This document shows, piece by piece, positions 50,276 to 58,605 of a stretch of DNA of 64,000 bases. This DNA comes from Candidatus Parcubacteria bacterium (GTDB taxonomy: Bacteria > Patescibacteriota > Minisyncoccia > Phycocordibacterales > JAKFXT01): positions 121,091 to 185,090 of the forward strand of contig JAIOOV010000004.1 in assembly GCA_021414235.1 (NCBI GenBank), written 5' to 3'. Position 1 is the stretch's first letter. The number at the start of each line of letters is the position of its first letter. Under the pieces are notes generated by a model that saw only the letters and a list, made by a program, of their open reading frames with translations, had not been told where the DNA came from and made no database searches. The translations under genes were made by a program, and so were the position numbers.

Positions 50276-51709
50276 ATGCTCGATCGCTCGTACCTCACTA
50301 CTCTCAGTATCTCGCAGGCTTCCCGTGATTTGGCTTCTGGGAAGTATTCGGCGGTGGATCTCGCAGAAGCGTATCTTGCCGTCATCAAGGAGCGGGACGG
50401 AGAGGTGCATGCCTATCTCGAAGTATTCGCTGATGTGCTGGAGCAGGCGCGGGTTGCGGATGAGCGACTCTCGAGCGGGAAGGGTACGCCGCTTACTGGC
50501 ATTCCTTTTGCGGTGAAGGACAACATCCTTATCGAGGGTCGTAGAGCTCAGGGTGCTTCCAAAGTGCTCGAGGGGCATCGCGCGACGTATGACGCGACCG
50601 TCATCCGCAAGTTGAAGGAGGCGGGGGCGGTCTTTCTCGGACGCGCCAATATGGATGAATTCGCTATGGGCGGTTCGACCGAGAACTCAGCCTATGGCGT
50701 CACTCGCAACCCGCACGATGCTGCTCGCGTACCAGGTGGCTCTTCTGGTGGATCTGCGGCAGCGGTCGCTATGCATGGCGCACTCGCCGCGCTTGGTTCC
50801 GATACTGGTGGCTCCATCCGTCAGCCGGCGAGCTTCTGCGGCGTGGTGGGATTGAAGCCTACCTATGGCGCAGTCTCTCGCTCGGGTCTCATGGCTATGG
50901 GCTCTTCGCTCGATCAGATCGGCCCGCTCACGCGTACGGTGGCGGATGCCGAACTCATTTTTAATACCATTGCCGGGAATGATCCGCTGGATAGCACTAC
51001 TCGGCCGCCCCCGGAATTTGAAAAGAAAGAGATACCTGCGAAGCTTCGCATTGGCGTACCGCGCCACTTCCTGGAGAAAGGAGTGGACGCTGCGGTGCTC
51101 GCGAATTTCGAAGAATCTCTCGAGAAGCTCCGTGCCGTGGGATATGAGGTGAAGGATATCGAGCTTCCGAACATCGCCCACTCGCTCGCGGTCTACTACG
51201 TGCTCATGCCGGCGGAAGTCTCAGCCAACCTTGCTCGCTACGACGGCGTGCGCTATGGAGCGCGCCACGAAGGGGAGACGCTGCTTGAGGACTATGCGAA
51301 AAGCCGGGGAGAAGGCTTTGGTCCCGAAGTGCGCCGCCGCATCCTGCTCGGCACCTACATACTCTCCGCTGGCTACTATGACGCGTACTACGCAAAGGCT
51401 CTCCGCGTACGCGACTATATCAAGGAGGATTTCCACAAAGCATTCGCCTCTGTCGATCTCATTGCACTTCCCACGGCTCCGACGCCGGCGTTTAGGATAG
51501 GTGAGAAGAAGGATCCTTTGTCCATGTATCTTGAAGATATCTTCACTACCCCCGCGAACATCGCCGGTCTTCCGGGTATCTCGCTTCCTTCCGGCTTCAC
51601 GAATGTCGAAGGTAAGGATCTTCCGCTCGGGCTCGAGCTCATGGCGGCACCTATGCGTGAGGATATCCTCTTCCGCGCTGGCAAAGAGTTCCTCGGTGAG
51701 GGAGAATAG
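50276..51709 (+). CDS. gatA: Asp-tRNA(Asn)/Glu-tRNA(Gln) amidotransferase subunit A
   Basis: 477 aa; amidase signature GGSSGGSAAAVA. Confidence 0.95.
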   Translation: MLDRSYLTTLSISQASRDLASGKYSAVDLAEAYLAVIKERDGEVHAYLEVFADVLEQARVADERLSSGKGTPLTGIPFAVKDNILIEGRRAQGASKVLEGHRATYDATVIRKLKEAGAVFLGRANMDEFAMGGSTENSAYGVTRNPHDAARVPGGSSGGSAAAVAMHGALAALGSDTGGSIRQPASFCGVVGLKPTYGAVSRSGLMAMGSSLDQIGPLTRTVADAELIFNTIAGNDPLDSTTRPPPEFEKKEIPAKLRIGVPRHFLEKGVDAAVLANFEESLEKLRAVGYEVKDIELPNIAHSLAVYYVLMPAEVSANLARYDGVRYGARHEGETLLEDYAKSRGEGFGPEVRRRILLGTYILSAGYYDAYYAKALRVRDYIKEDFHKAFASVDLIALPTAPTPAFRIGEKKDPLSMYLEDIFTTPANIAGLPGISLPSGFTNVEGKDLPLGLELMAAPMREDILFRAGKEFLGEGE

Positions 51710-51714
51710 GGGAC

Positions 51715-52347
51715 ATGCAGACTGTTCCCCCGATCGACCCGACCTCGGGACTCGAATTTATCTTCTGGGTTCTGATAGATATCCCTCGCCTCATCTATCT
51801 CGAGTGGAGGGCCGGGACGCTATTCTCTCCGGAGAGCCCGGCGGTCTTCTTTGTTGATTTCTATCGCTCTCTCGTTTTCTTCTCCACCATCATTACGCTC
51901 CTGTTTCTGTATGGCTGTATCTACTGTTACGTAAAGCTCTGGAAGTTGGAGGCGGAGAAGGTTTATAAGCTCAAGCATCCAGAGAGCCATGCTGCGCTTG
52001 AAGTGGCTACTCCTCATGAGGAGATCAAAGTGGGTGGTCTTAAGTGGCAGGTGGTAGAGAAGCATATCAACTCCGCTAACCCTGGAGACTGGCGGCTCGC
52101 GGTGCTTGAGGCGGATATACTGCTCGACGACATGGTGCGCGGCTTCGGCTATCCGGGGATAAACCTAGGTGAGAGATTGAAGTCGGCGAGCAAGGCATCC
52201 TTCGCGACGCTCGATCAGGCCTGGGAGGCGCACAAGATCAGAAATGCGATTGCGCATGAGGGCGCAGGCTTTGAGCTCGGGGAGAGGGAAGCGCGTCGTG
52301 TTATCAATCTCTACCGCGCCGTCTTCGAGGAGTTTAATTACATTTAA
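51715..52347 (+). CDS. membrane-anchored protein with C-terminal HEPN-like (Rx4H) domain
   Basis: Two N-terminal TM helices; C-terminal WEAHKIRNAIAHEG matches the HEPN Rx4-6H motif (DUF4145/Swt1-like). Confidence 0.45.
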   Translation: MQTVPPIDPTSGLEFIFWVLIDIPRLIYLEWRAGTLFSPESPAVFFVDFYRSLVFFSTIITLLFLYGCIYCYVKLWKLEAEKVYKLKHPESHAALEVATPHEEIKVGGLKWQVVEKHINSANPGDWRLAVLEADILLDDMVRGFGYPGINLGERLKSASKASFATLDQAWEAHKIRNAIAHEGAGFELGEREARRVINLYRAVFEEFNYI

Positions 52348-52356
52348 ATTAACTAA

Positions 52357-52390
52357 AAGAAAAAGCCCCCAAACGGGGGCTTTTTCTTTA
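52357..52390. terminator. rho-independent terminator
   Basis: aagaaaaagccccc-aaac-gggggctttttcttt. Confidence 0.8.
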
Positions 52391-52394
52391 CTTG

Positions 52395-52420
52395 TTGCGG
52401 GGGTCGGATTTGAACCGACG
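52395..52420 (-). other. tRNA 3'-half-like fragment (T arm plus acceptor 3' strand) without a matching 5' half
   Basis: Minus strand reads ...GTCGG-TTCAAAT-CCGAC-CCCCGCA-A. No complementary 5' acceptor strand, D arm or anticodon arm could be folded from the adjacent ~90 nt. Confidence 0.35.
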
Positions 52421-52793
52421 ACCTCAAGGTTATGCATACCACTACAGTTTTCACTGCGACCCTCGTCTTTGTGGTCTGGACTATACCTTCTTCTCCGGAT
52501 GAGAAGCTTGTCATCTAGTCTCTACACCTTCCTAAGGCTTTTAAGGGCGTTAGGCTTGGCTCGGTATTACCATGTTGCAACGCAACGAAGGCTTCACCGA
52601 ATTTGGCAAGTTTCCACATACCATCGCTGATATGCGAGCCCATACTTGAGCCTTGCGAGCTACCGGGCTGCTCCACCCCGCTGAGGCAGAATAGCATATG
52701 TTATTTCGTTCGCAACCTGTGCACTATTGAATGGTCGATATGTGTTAATATACCTATATAGCTAAACCGCAAGAAAAATCAAAAGCTCTGGAT

Positions 52794-53438
52794 TTGCGCC
52801 GTAAGGGTGTGAGCATAAAGTCGATTGCCAAGTCTCTCAATGTTTCGGTGGGGTCTGTAAGTCTATGGTGCCAGTCCATAAAACTTACGGGCATCCAGAG
52901 AGAAAAATTATACAAATCTCAGGTTGCGGCCGGGCATAGGGGGAGAATGTTGGGTGCAGAGGTAAACCGCCAGAAAAGACTTAAGGCTATCAGTGAGTCT
53001 GATGTGCGGGGAAAGGAAGAAATCGGTAGACTCTCGAAGAGAGATAAGCATTTGCTCGGTATCGGTCTTTATTGGGGCGAAGGAGCTAAATCACGAACTG
53101 ATCCAGCTACCATCAGTAATTCCGATCCAACCCTTGTGCTTTTTGCCATGCGCTGGATGCGTGAGTGTCTCGACGTCGGTATAGAAGAATTCAGACCCTA
53201 CATATACATCTCGCATATCCATAGACATAGAGAGAAAAGAATCCTAAGTTTTTGGTCTGAACTCCTGGGGATTGATATAGAAGTGTTCCATGCAGTATTT
53301 CTCAAGGGGAGGCCTAAGAGGTTTTATGAAAACCACGATTCATATTATGGCGTATGTGCTCTGCGCGTTAGAAGGGGGACAAGGCTTAAGTATCGGATTC
53401 TAGGTCTTATTGGAGCATGTAAAGACGCGATGGAGTAA
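52794..53438 (+). CDS. HTH-containing protein with LAGLIDADG-like motif (possible free-standing homing-endonuclease relic); TTG start
   Basis: In-frame HTH ...ALDLRRKGVSIKSIAKSLNVSVGSVSLW. IGLYWGEG matches the xGLhxG[DE]G LAGLIDADG pattern. Lies in a low-GC patch. Only a TTG is available as start, and the frame is open upstream to 52749 with no ATG. Confidence 0.4.
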   Translation: MRRKGVSIKSIAKSLNVSVGSVSLWCQSIKLTGIQREKLYKSQVAAGHRGRMLGAEVNRQKRLKAISESDVRGKEEIGRLSKRDKHLLGIGLYWGEGAKSRTDPATISNSDPTLVLFAMRWMRECLDVGIEEFRPYIYISHIHRHREKRILSFWSELLGIDIEVFHAVFLKGRPKRFYENHDSYYGVCALRVRRGTRLKYRILGLIGACKDAME

Positions 53439-53595
53439 CTCGCTCTTAAGGTAGTGGACCTGCAACTGAAATCATTATGGGCTCAAGAACACTAGCTTTC
53501 CGGGAGTTGTATGGTTAAATGTGTTTACTCTCATGAAGCACTGCGCATAAGCCCTTATCAGCTTAACTCGAGGCGGAATACGCCTCGCTACGTGC

Positions 53596-55194
53596 ATGCC
53601 CATACTCCTCGCCGCCAAAGAATTAGTAGTAGAACTGCAGCATAAGACCCTGTTTAAAGAGCTGTCGGTTTCGATCGCTCGTGGGGATCGCATTGGTCTC
53701 GTGGGTAAGAATGGAGAAGGTAAATCGACACTCCTCAAGATACTCGCCGGAGAACTAGAGCCGACTTCTGGTCGCGTTGTCTCTTCGGCTCGCGTTCATT
53801 ATCTTCCTCAGCTCGATCTCACTCTCTTTGAGCGCGCTGATACTGTGGCGGATCTTGTTGCAAGTCGGAACGCCGAATTATCTTTAGTGCAAGCGGCGCT
53901 CCGCAGGCTCTTCTATCTGAGCATATCTCCGGAAAGGGAAGTAAGAACTCTCTCTGGCGGTGAGCTCGCCAAGCTTCTCATCGCAATAGGCGATGCTGAT
54001 AATCCGGACTTGCTGCTTCTGGATGAGCCGACTAATCACCTCGATGTGGAGGGTCTTGAAGTGCTTAAGCGGTACCTCCTCAAGTTCCAAGGAGCGTTTG
54101 TTGTGGTTTCGCATGATCCGTTTTTCCTCGACCACGCCATCGCCTCTCTCTGGGAGATTGAAGATGGATGCTTGACCCGCTATGGAGGGAACTACTCCTA
54201 CTATCAGGAGCAGAGGCGGCTTGCAGATGAAGCTCGTGGGCGTGACCTTGAGGCTGCGACTAAAAGCTTGAATAAGGCGCGCCGCGCTATCGAGGTGCGG
54301 GAGACTCGCGTCGCTCGAGCAACACGCGCAAGTAGAAGAGCGAAAAGCGAGCCGAGTCGGGATAAATTCGCTGAAGGGTTTTTCCAAGGAAAAGCGGAAG
54401 AGGGTGCGGGTCGACTGAAAAAGCGTCAGGAAAAAGCACTTGCAGAGAAGCAGGAGAAAATCTCCAATCTCACAAAAAAGAAGGTTAGGAAGGTGCACCT
54501 CGATCTTGAGACGGAATCTGACCTGTCAAAACGCATGCTGGTGAACGTTTCCGGTGGGGTATTGAGCGTTGCTGATACACCACTCCTTCAGGACATATCT
54601 CTGCGTATTGAGTTCGGCGATCGCGTCGTGTTCACGGGGGGAAACGGGGTGGGTAAAAGCTCTCTGGCGAAGACGCTCGCTCTTATTCCAGGCCCCGCTT
54701 CTTTATTGGGGACTCTTCGGAGAGGGGAGCGCTTCCAAGCTGTCTACATGGATCAGAAGTATCAATCTGTGAGACCGAAGCTATCGGTCCTCCAGAACAT
54801 CCTGGAAGAGAATTCAGCCTGGACGGAAGAGGACGCTCGTAATCATCTCGGCAGGTTTCTCTTCCGAGAAGAAGCAGTGATGAAGAAGGCAGAGGTTTTG
54901 AGCGGGGGCGAGACGGCTCGCCTTGCGCTCGCGCTTGTTACCTCCCGCCCCCTTGATCTCCTGGTGCTTGATGAGCCGACTAATAATCTCGATATCGAAA
55001 CGCTTGAGATCATTGCCGCGGCTCTCCAGGATTTTCGAGGGGCTCTGATCGTGATTTCGCACAACGTACGCTTCCTGGCGCAGCTTGGCATTGGTCGTGC
55101 TTATAAGCTCGCGGATGGACGGCTAAGACTCATGAAGCACCTGCCGCAAGAGGAGGAGGAGTTTTACGCCGAATTGGCGGGGGAGGTGCGGTAA
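53596..55194 (+). CDS. ABC-F family ATPase (tandem ABC domains, EttA/Uup-like)
   Basis: Two Walker A boxes (GKNGEGKST; GGNGVGKSS), two LSGGE signatures, a charged linker between them; no TMD. Confidence 0.9.
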   Translation: MPILLAAKELVVELQHKTLFKELSVSIARGDRIGLVGKNGEGKSTLLKILAGELEPTSGRVVSSARVHYLPQLDLTLFERADTVADLVASRNAELSLVQAALRRLFYLSISPEREVRTLSGGELAKLLIAIGDADNPDLLLLDEPTNHLDVEGLEVLKRYLLKFQGAFVVVSHDPFFLDHAIASLWEIEDGCLTRYGGNYSYYQEQRRLADEARGRDLEAATKSLNKARRAIEVRETRVARATRASRRAKSEPSRDKFAEGFFQGKAEEGAGRLKKRQEKALAEKQEKISNLTKKKVRKVHLDLETESDLSKRMLVNVSGGVLSVADTPLLQDISLRIEFGDRVVFTGGNGVGKSSLAKTLALIPGPASLLGTLRRGERFQAVYMDQKYQSVRPKLSVLQNILEENSAWTEEDARNHLGRFLFREEAVMKKAEVLSGGETARLALALVTSRPLDLLVLDEPTNNLDIETLEIIAAALQDFRGALIVISHNVRFLAQLGIGRAYKLADGRLRLMKHLPQEEEEFYAELAGEVR

Positions 55195-55254
55195 GAGAGA
55201 ATTTGTAGCTCTGGGCTTTTGTTTTCAGCTTCTTTTTGCTAGTTTAAGGACGCC

Positions 55255-55326
55255 GCCGGTGTAGTTCAACGGTTAGAACGAGGGACTCATAAGCCCTAAA
55301 CAGTGGTTCGACTCCACTCTCCGGCA
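55255..55326 (+). tRNA. tRNA-Met/Ile2 (anticodon CAU)
   Basis: GCCGGTG-TA-GTTC-AACGGTTA-GAAC-G-AGGGA-CTCATAA-GCCCT-AAACA-GTGGT-TCGACTC-CACTC-TCCGGC-A; acceptor pair 6:67 is a T:T mismatch. Confidence 0.6.
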
Positions 55327-55369
55327 CTCGTTGAAAAAAAGACCTGTTTAGGGTAAGTTAATTGGCGTT

Positions 55370-55647
55370 GCGGTCGTAGCTCAACTGGTTAGAGCACTCG
55401 CCTGTAGACGTGCAGCTTTCTGTCGAAATGGCAGATTGAAACTCTCTGGGATAACGGTGAAGGCTAAGTCTTGGTTAGCAAGATATGCGAATACCGTGGG
55501 AACCCCACACTGGGTGGGGGCGCCGTAGAGACTAGATACCGGAGCACCTAAACGTGAAAACGCACGGTGAAGATATAGTCCATGCCATTATGAAAATAGT
55601 GGGTTAGTGCACGCGAGAGGTTGCCGGTTCAAGTCCGGTCGACCGCG
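55370..55647 (+). tRNA. tRNA-Asp (anticodon GUC) interrupted by a group I intron in the anticodon loop (exons 55370..55405 and 55610..55647)
   Basis: Exon 1: GCGGTCG-TA-GCTC-AACTGGTTA-GAGC-A-CTCGC-CTGT. Exon 2: CAC-GCGAG-AGGTT-GCCGG-TTCAAGT-CCGGT-CGACCGC-G. Spliced loop is CTGTCAC (the E. coli tRNA-Asp loop). Confidence 0.7.
55406..55609 (+). ncRNA. group I intron (204 nt) in tRNA-Asp anticodon loop
   Basis: Conserved group I core elements R (GTAGAGACTAGA) and S (AAGATATAGTCC) are present. P1 pairs exon CUGU with intron GCAG with U·G at the 5' splice site. P10 pairs 3' exon CACG with intron CGUG. The intron ends in G; its length matches the Azoarcus-type tRNA introns. Confidence 0.7.
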
Positions 55648-55654
55648 CATCAAG

Positions 55655-55688
55655 AAAAAAGAGTCTGGGCATTCCAGACTCTTTTTTC
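55655..55688 (+). terminator. rho-independent terminator after tRNA cluster
   Basis: aaaaaagagtctgg-gcattc-ccagactctttttt. A second hairpin at 55697..55726 (gccgaccgcg-ggat-gcgcggtcggc) likely terminates the convergent minus-strand gene. Confidence 0.8.
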
Positions 55689-55737
55689 TGTAAAAGAAAA
55701 GCCGACCGCGGGATGCGCGGTCGGCAGCTGAGCTCGG

Positions 55738-56436
55738 CTATCGAATAGAGTTCTTGATCTCGTCTGCGATCTTCTGGAGTGCGGCGAGATTGAGGTCCTT
55801 GACCTTCTCGTGAGCATAGAACCGCTTGAGGCGGCTCGTTTCTGAGAGGGGGATGGTGACCCCCTTCTCGGTTACGTGTGCCTCGAGCTTAAAGTTCTTC
55901 TCGGAAGATTCCAGCGTGAAGGTCACGCCGTTTTCACCCTCAAGTTTGCACTTGCCCTCGGTGGGGTCTAGAAGCTTTCCTGTGAGGAGGGTTGAAATTC
56001 CGTCAGAATTGTATTTCCTTTGGAATTCCTTGAGGGAATTTCCAACACTCGCAGCTGAGCCGTCCCACGAATAGCCGCGCTTCGGAGAACCTGAGTCCTC
56101 TTTCGGCGCGAGATCCTCTGGCCTGGCTATCGTGGTTGTTGCCGGTGATTCGGCGATCTTGTCCGCCACGTTCTTCACTGGCTTTTTCTGAGCCGGAGGA
56201 GTGGGAGGAAGCGATGCCGCTGGAAGGTCGCGCGTCGAAGGCGAGGTTTCAAGTTCCAGCTCTTCATCGTCGTTCTCACCGAAGGCGAGAGATAGTACGA
56301 GGAAGGTCAGGATAGCGACGATGACGGCGATGCACATCCATATCGCAGCATGTGCCGAACCCCCAGGCCAGGGACTTAGAAAGTACCCCACGGCTCCGAT
56401 CAGGAATCCGAAGAGTAGAAAGAGCACATAGATCAT
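55738..56436 (-). CDS. hypothetical membrane-anchored protein
   Basis: Two N-terminal TM helices, an acidic/Pro-rich linker, C-terminal globular domain; no recognised family. Confidence 0.4.
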   Translation of the reverse strand: MIYVLFLLFGFLIGAVGYFLSPWPGGSAHAAIWMCIAVIVAILTFLVLSLAFGENDDEELELETSPSTRDLPAASLPPTPPAQKKPVKNVADKIAESPATTTIARPEDLAPKEDSGSPKRGYSWDGSAASVGNSLKEFQRKYNSDGISTLLTGKLLDPTEGKCKLEGENGVTFTLESSEKNFKLEAHVTEKGVTIPLSETSRLKRFYAHEKVKDLNLAALQKIADEIKNSIR

Positions 56437-56578
56437 TACGTTGTCCTTGGGGACGTTGTTGAACCTGCTATAATTATATCACTTTTATACATAAAGTCAA
56501 ATATTGGATACTACGAAAAAGACCCTTCTCTAGCCATTACAGGCATATTTTGCTATTCTCACGACGTTCAGAAGCAGT

Positions 56579-56651
56579 GCCGAGATAGCTCAGTCGGTAG
56601 AGCACATCCATGGTAAGGATGAGGTCCCCGGTTCGATCCCGGGTCTCGGCT
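56579..56651 (+). tRNA. tRNA-Thr (anticodon GGU)
   Basis: GCCGAGA-TA-GCTC-AGTCGGTA-GAGC-A-CATCC-ATGGTAA-GGATG-AGGTC-CCCGG-TTCGATC-CCGGG-TCTCGGC-T. Confidence 0.75.
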
Positions 56652-56793
56652 CAGAAAGTTAAGCACTGGTGTTTGGTTGACGAACGGCTGGGGAGAGGAA
56701 TAGGATAAAAAAGGAGAGAAGTCCGGTCTGAATAATCAGCCTGATGCTCTTTACTATCGTACTCCGCACTATGCACCTCAAAGGGGGCTCGTT

Positions 56794-57132
56794 ATGGGAG
56801 ACTTGTTAGAAGGTAGGATTCCTGAAGTCGGCACAGGTGGTCTGGTCAAGGTGCCGAATCTCAAGGGTCTCGTCGACGTGAGGCGTCCAGCGGCCAGGCC
56901 GCCCAAGCCCGCCAATGAGGAGCAAGCCCGTCTTGCTCATCGCTGGTGGAAGAATCAAGAAGCTCTGCCTGAAGAAAAAAGGGCCAAGGGCGTGACCAAG
57001 GTCGAGATCGATGACGCCATCGATCTGCTTGAGTCGGACTACCCGAAACTTGCTCCGCCGCAAGTGCTTCCGGTGGCTACGTCGCCGCGTCTCCCTGAGA
57101 AGAGGCGGCCTCGCTCGAAACGAAAGAAGTAA
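56794..57132 (+). CDS. hypothetical protein (basic C-terminus)
   Basis: ORF only; no recognisable motif. Confidence 0.25.
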   Translation: MGDLLEGRIPEVGTGGLVKVPNLKGLVDVRRPAARPPKPANEEQARLAHRWWKNQEALPEEKRAKGVTKVEIDDAIDLLESDYPKLAPPQVLPVATSPRLPEKRRPRSKRKK

Positions 57133-57234
57133 GCCTTCTTCCGCTTCGTGTTGAAAGAGCAATAATAATTTGTATCCTTACGACCCCTGCGTACTCTAAC
57201 GCGGGGGCCGTCTCATTTTTCATTTGACTCTTGG

Positions 57235-57522
57235 GTGGGGCTTGCTAGCCTTATAGACAGAGGGTTCCAGGGTGCCGTTCTGGTATCCGCTCTTCCTTGG
57301 GAGAAGGCTATGGACGCTATCAGCGCTGCCTCCCGATGGGGGCAAAAAGCATTTCCTGGGGTTGTCCTAGGAGTGGAGTTCCCGCGCAAACTGACTCAGC
57401 AAGTCGCGCAGTCTCACGAGGTGATCGTGACTGCAGCTGAGACGTTGAGGCGGCTCGATCGAGGGTTCCTCGTTGGTTCGATGGAGATCCGACGGGGATT
57501 CCATCTCGATACGAAGGTATGA
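57235..57522 (+). CDS. hypothetical protein
   Basis: ORF only; followed by a GC-rich hairpin at 57525..57553. Confidence 0.25.
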   Translation: MGLASLIDRGFQGAVLVSALPWEKAMDAISAASRWGQKAFPGVVLGVEFPRKLTQQVAQSHEVIVTAAETLRRLDRGFLVGSMEIRRGFHLDTKV

Positions 57523-57614
57523 GGGGCGCCGCGGACTGGATTCCGCGGCGCCATTATGATTCTCGGTGGCAAGAAAGATCTTTTTGTAATATCATCCGCA
57601 CGTAAGTTTAGTAA

Positions 57615-57690
57615 GCCGAGGTAGCTCAGTTGGTAGAGCGGCGGTATCGTAAACCGCAGGTCGCCGGTTCAATCCCGGCCCTCGGCTCCA
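57615..57690 (+). tRNA. tRNA-Thr (anticodon CGU), CCA encoded
   Basis: GCCGAGG-TA-GCTC-AGTTGGTA-GAGC-G-GCGGT-ATCGTAA-ACCGC-AGGTC-GCCGG-TTCAATC-CCGGC-CCTCGGC-T-CCA. Confidence 0.75.
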
Positions 57691-57724
57691 ATATAAGGAT
57701 TTTCCGGTTTGGTATACTGACCGA

Positions 57725-58600
57725 ATGTCAGTCGAAGAGAAGAAGGCCCGCATAGAAGAACTCGAAGCCGCCATGCAGGGGGCGGATTTCTGGGCGGACA
57801 AGAATAAGGCGCAGGCTGCCATCAAGGAGCTGCAGACCCTCAAGGCGGAGGCTGAAGGCGGCAGTGCATATGATAAAGGCGGAGCAGTGATGACTATATT
57901 TGCGGGTGCAGGCGGGGATGATGCGGAGGACTTCGCCCGCATGCTTCTTGCCATGTATCAGGCCTACATTGAGAAGCGTGGCTGGGGCGTGCGCACGCTC
58001 TCCTCGAGCGAGAACGATCACGGCGGCTACCGCAGTATCACCATCGAGATCGACGGCAAGAATATCTACGGCACGCTCAAGAACGAATCCGGTGTGCATC
58101 GCTTAGTGCGCCTTTCTCCGTTCGGCGCTAAAGCTCTCCGCCAGACTTCTTTCGCTATGGTTGAGGTGATCCCGCAGTTTGATAAGGCGGATAAGGAAGC
58201 GCTCAAGGAGGATGAGATCACCATCGACTTCACCCGCTCGGGTGGCCCTGGGGGACAGAACGTGAACAAGAGGGAAACGGCGGTGCGTATCGTGCATCTC
58301 CCTACTAAACTAGCGGTGCACGTGGATTCGGAGCGCTCTCAGGCGCAGAACAAGGAGAAGGGCTTGGTACTTCTCTCCGCCAAGCTCTACAAACTACGTG
58401 AGGAAGAACGCAAGAGCGCGGAATCCGGCCTCTACGTGAGCAAGACCACGCAGGCGGAGTGGGGGAATCAGATCCGCTCCTACGTTCTCCACCCCTACAA
58501 ACTGGTAAAAGACCATCGTACAGGCGTAGAAGCGCATGACGCGGAGAAAATTCTCGATGGAGACCTTGACGCATTCCTCGATGCAGAACACAATCTATAG
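57725..58600 (+). CDS. prfB: peptide chain release factor 2 (short form, no programmed frameshift)
   Basis: SPF tripeptide (RLSPFGAK) and GGQ (SGGPGGQNVNK). Only 34 nt separate the upstream tRNA from the ATG, so there is no room for an RF2 frameshift window. Confidence 0.85.
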   Translation: MSVEEKKARIEELEAAMQGADFWADKNKAQAAIKELQTLKAEAEGGSAYDKGGAVMTIFAGAGGDDAEDFARMLLAMYQAYIEKRGWGVRTLSSSENDHGGYRSITIEIDGKNIYGTLKNESGVHRLVRLSPFGAKALRQTSFAMVEVIPQFDKADKEALKEDEITIDFTRSGGPGGQNVNKRETAVRIVHLPTKLAVHVDSERSQAQNKEKGLVLLSAKLYKLREEERKSAESGLYVSKTTQAEWGNQIRSYVLHPYKLVKDHRTGVEAHDAEKILDGDLDAFLDAEHNL

Positions 58601-58605
58601 ATTGC

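Noticed and set aside
52395-52470. Complete tRNA gene on the minus strand downstream of the HEPN-like gene
   Set aside because: Only the T arm and 3' acceptor strand fold. No complementary 5' acceptor strand, D arm or anticodon arm could be drawn, so it is called a fragment, not a tRNA.
57690-57725. Programmed +1 frameshift site for prfB
   Set aside because: Only 34 nt separate the upstream tRNA from the RF2 ATG and no upstream out-of-frame exon exists, so the gene is simply a short-form RF2.
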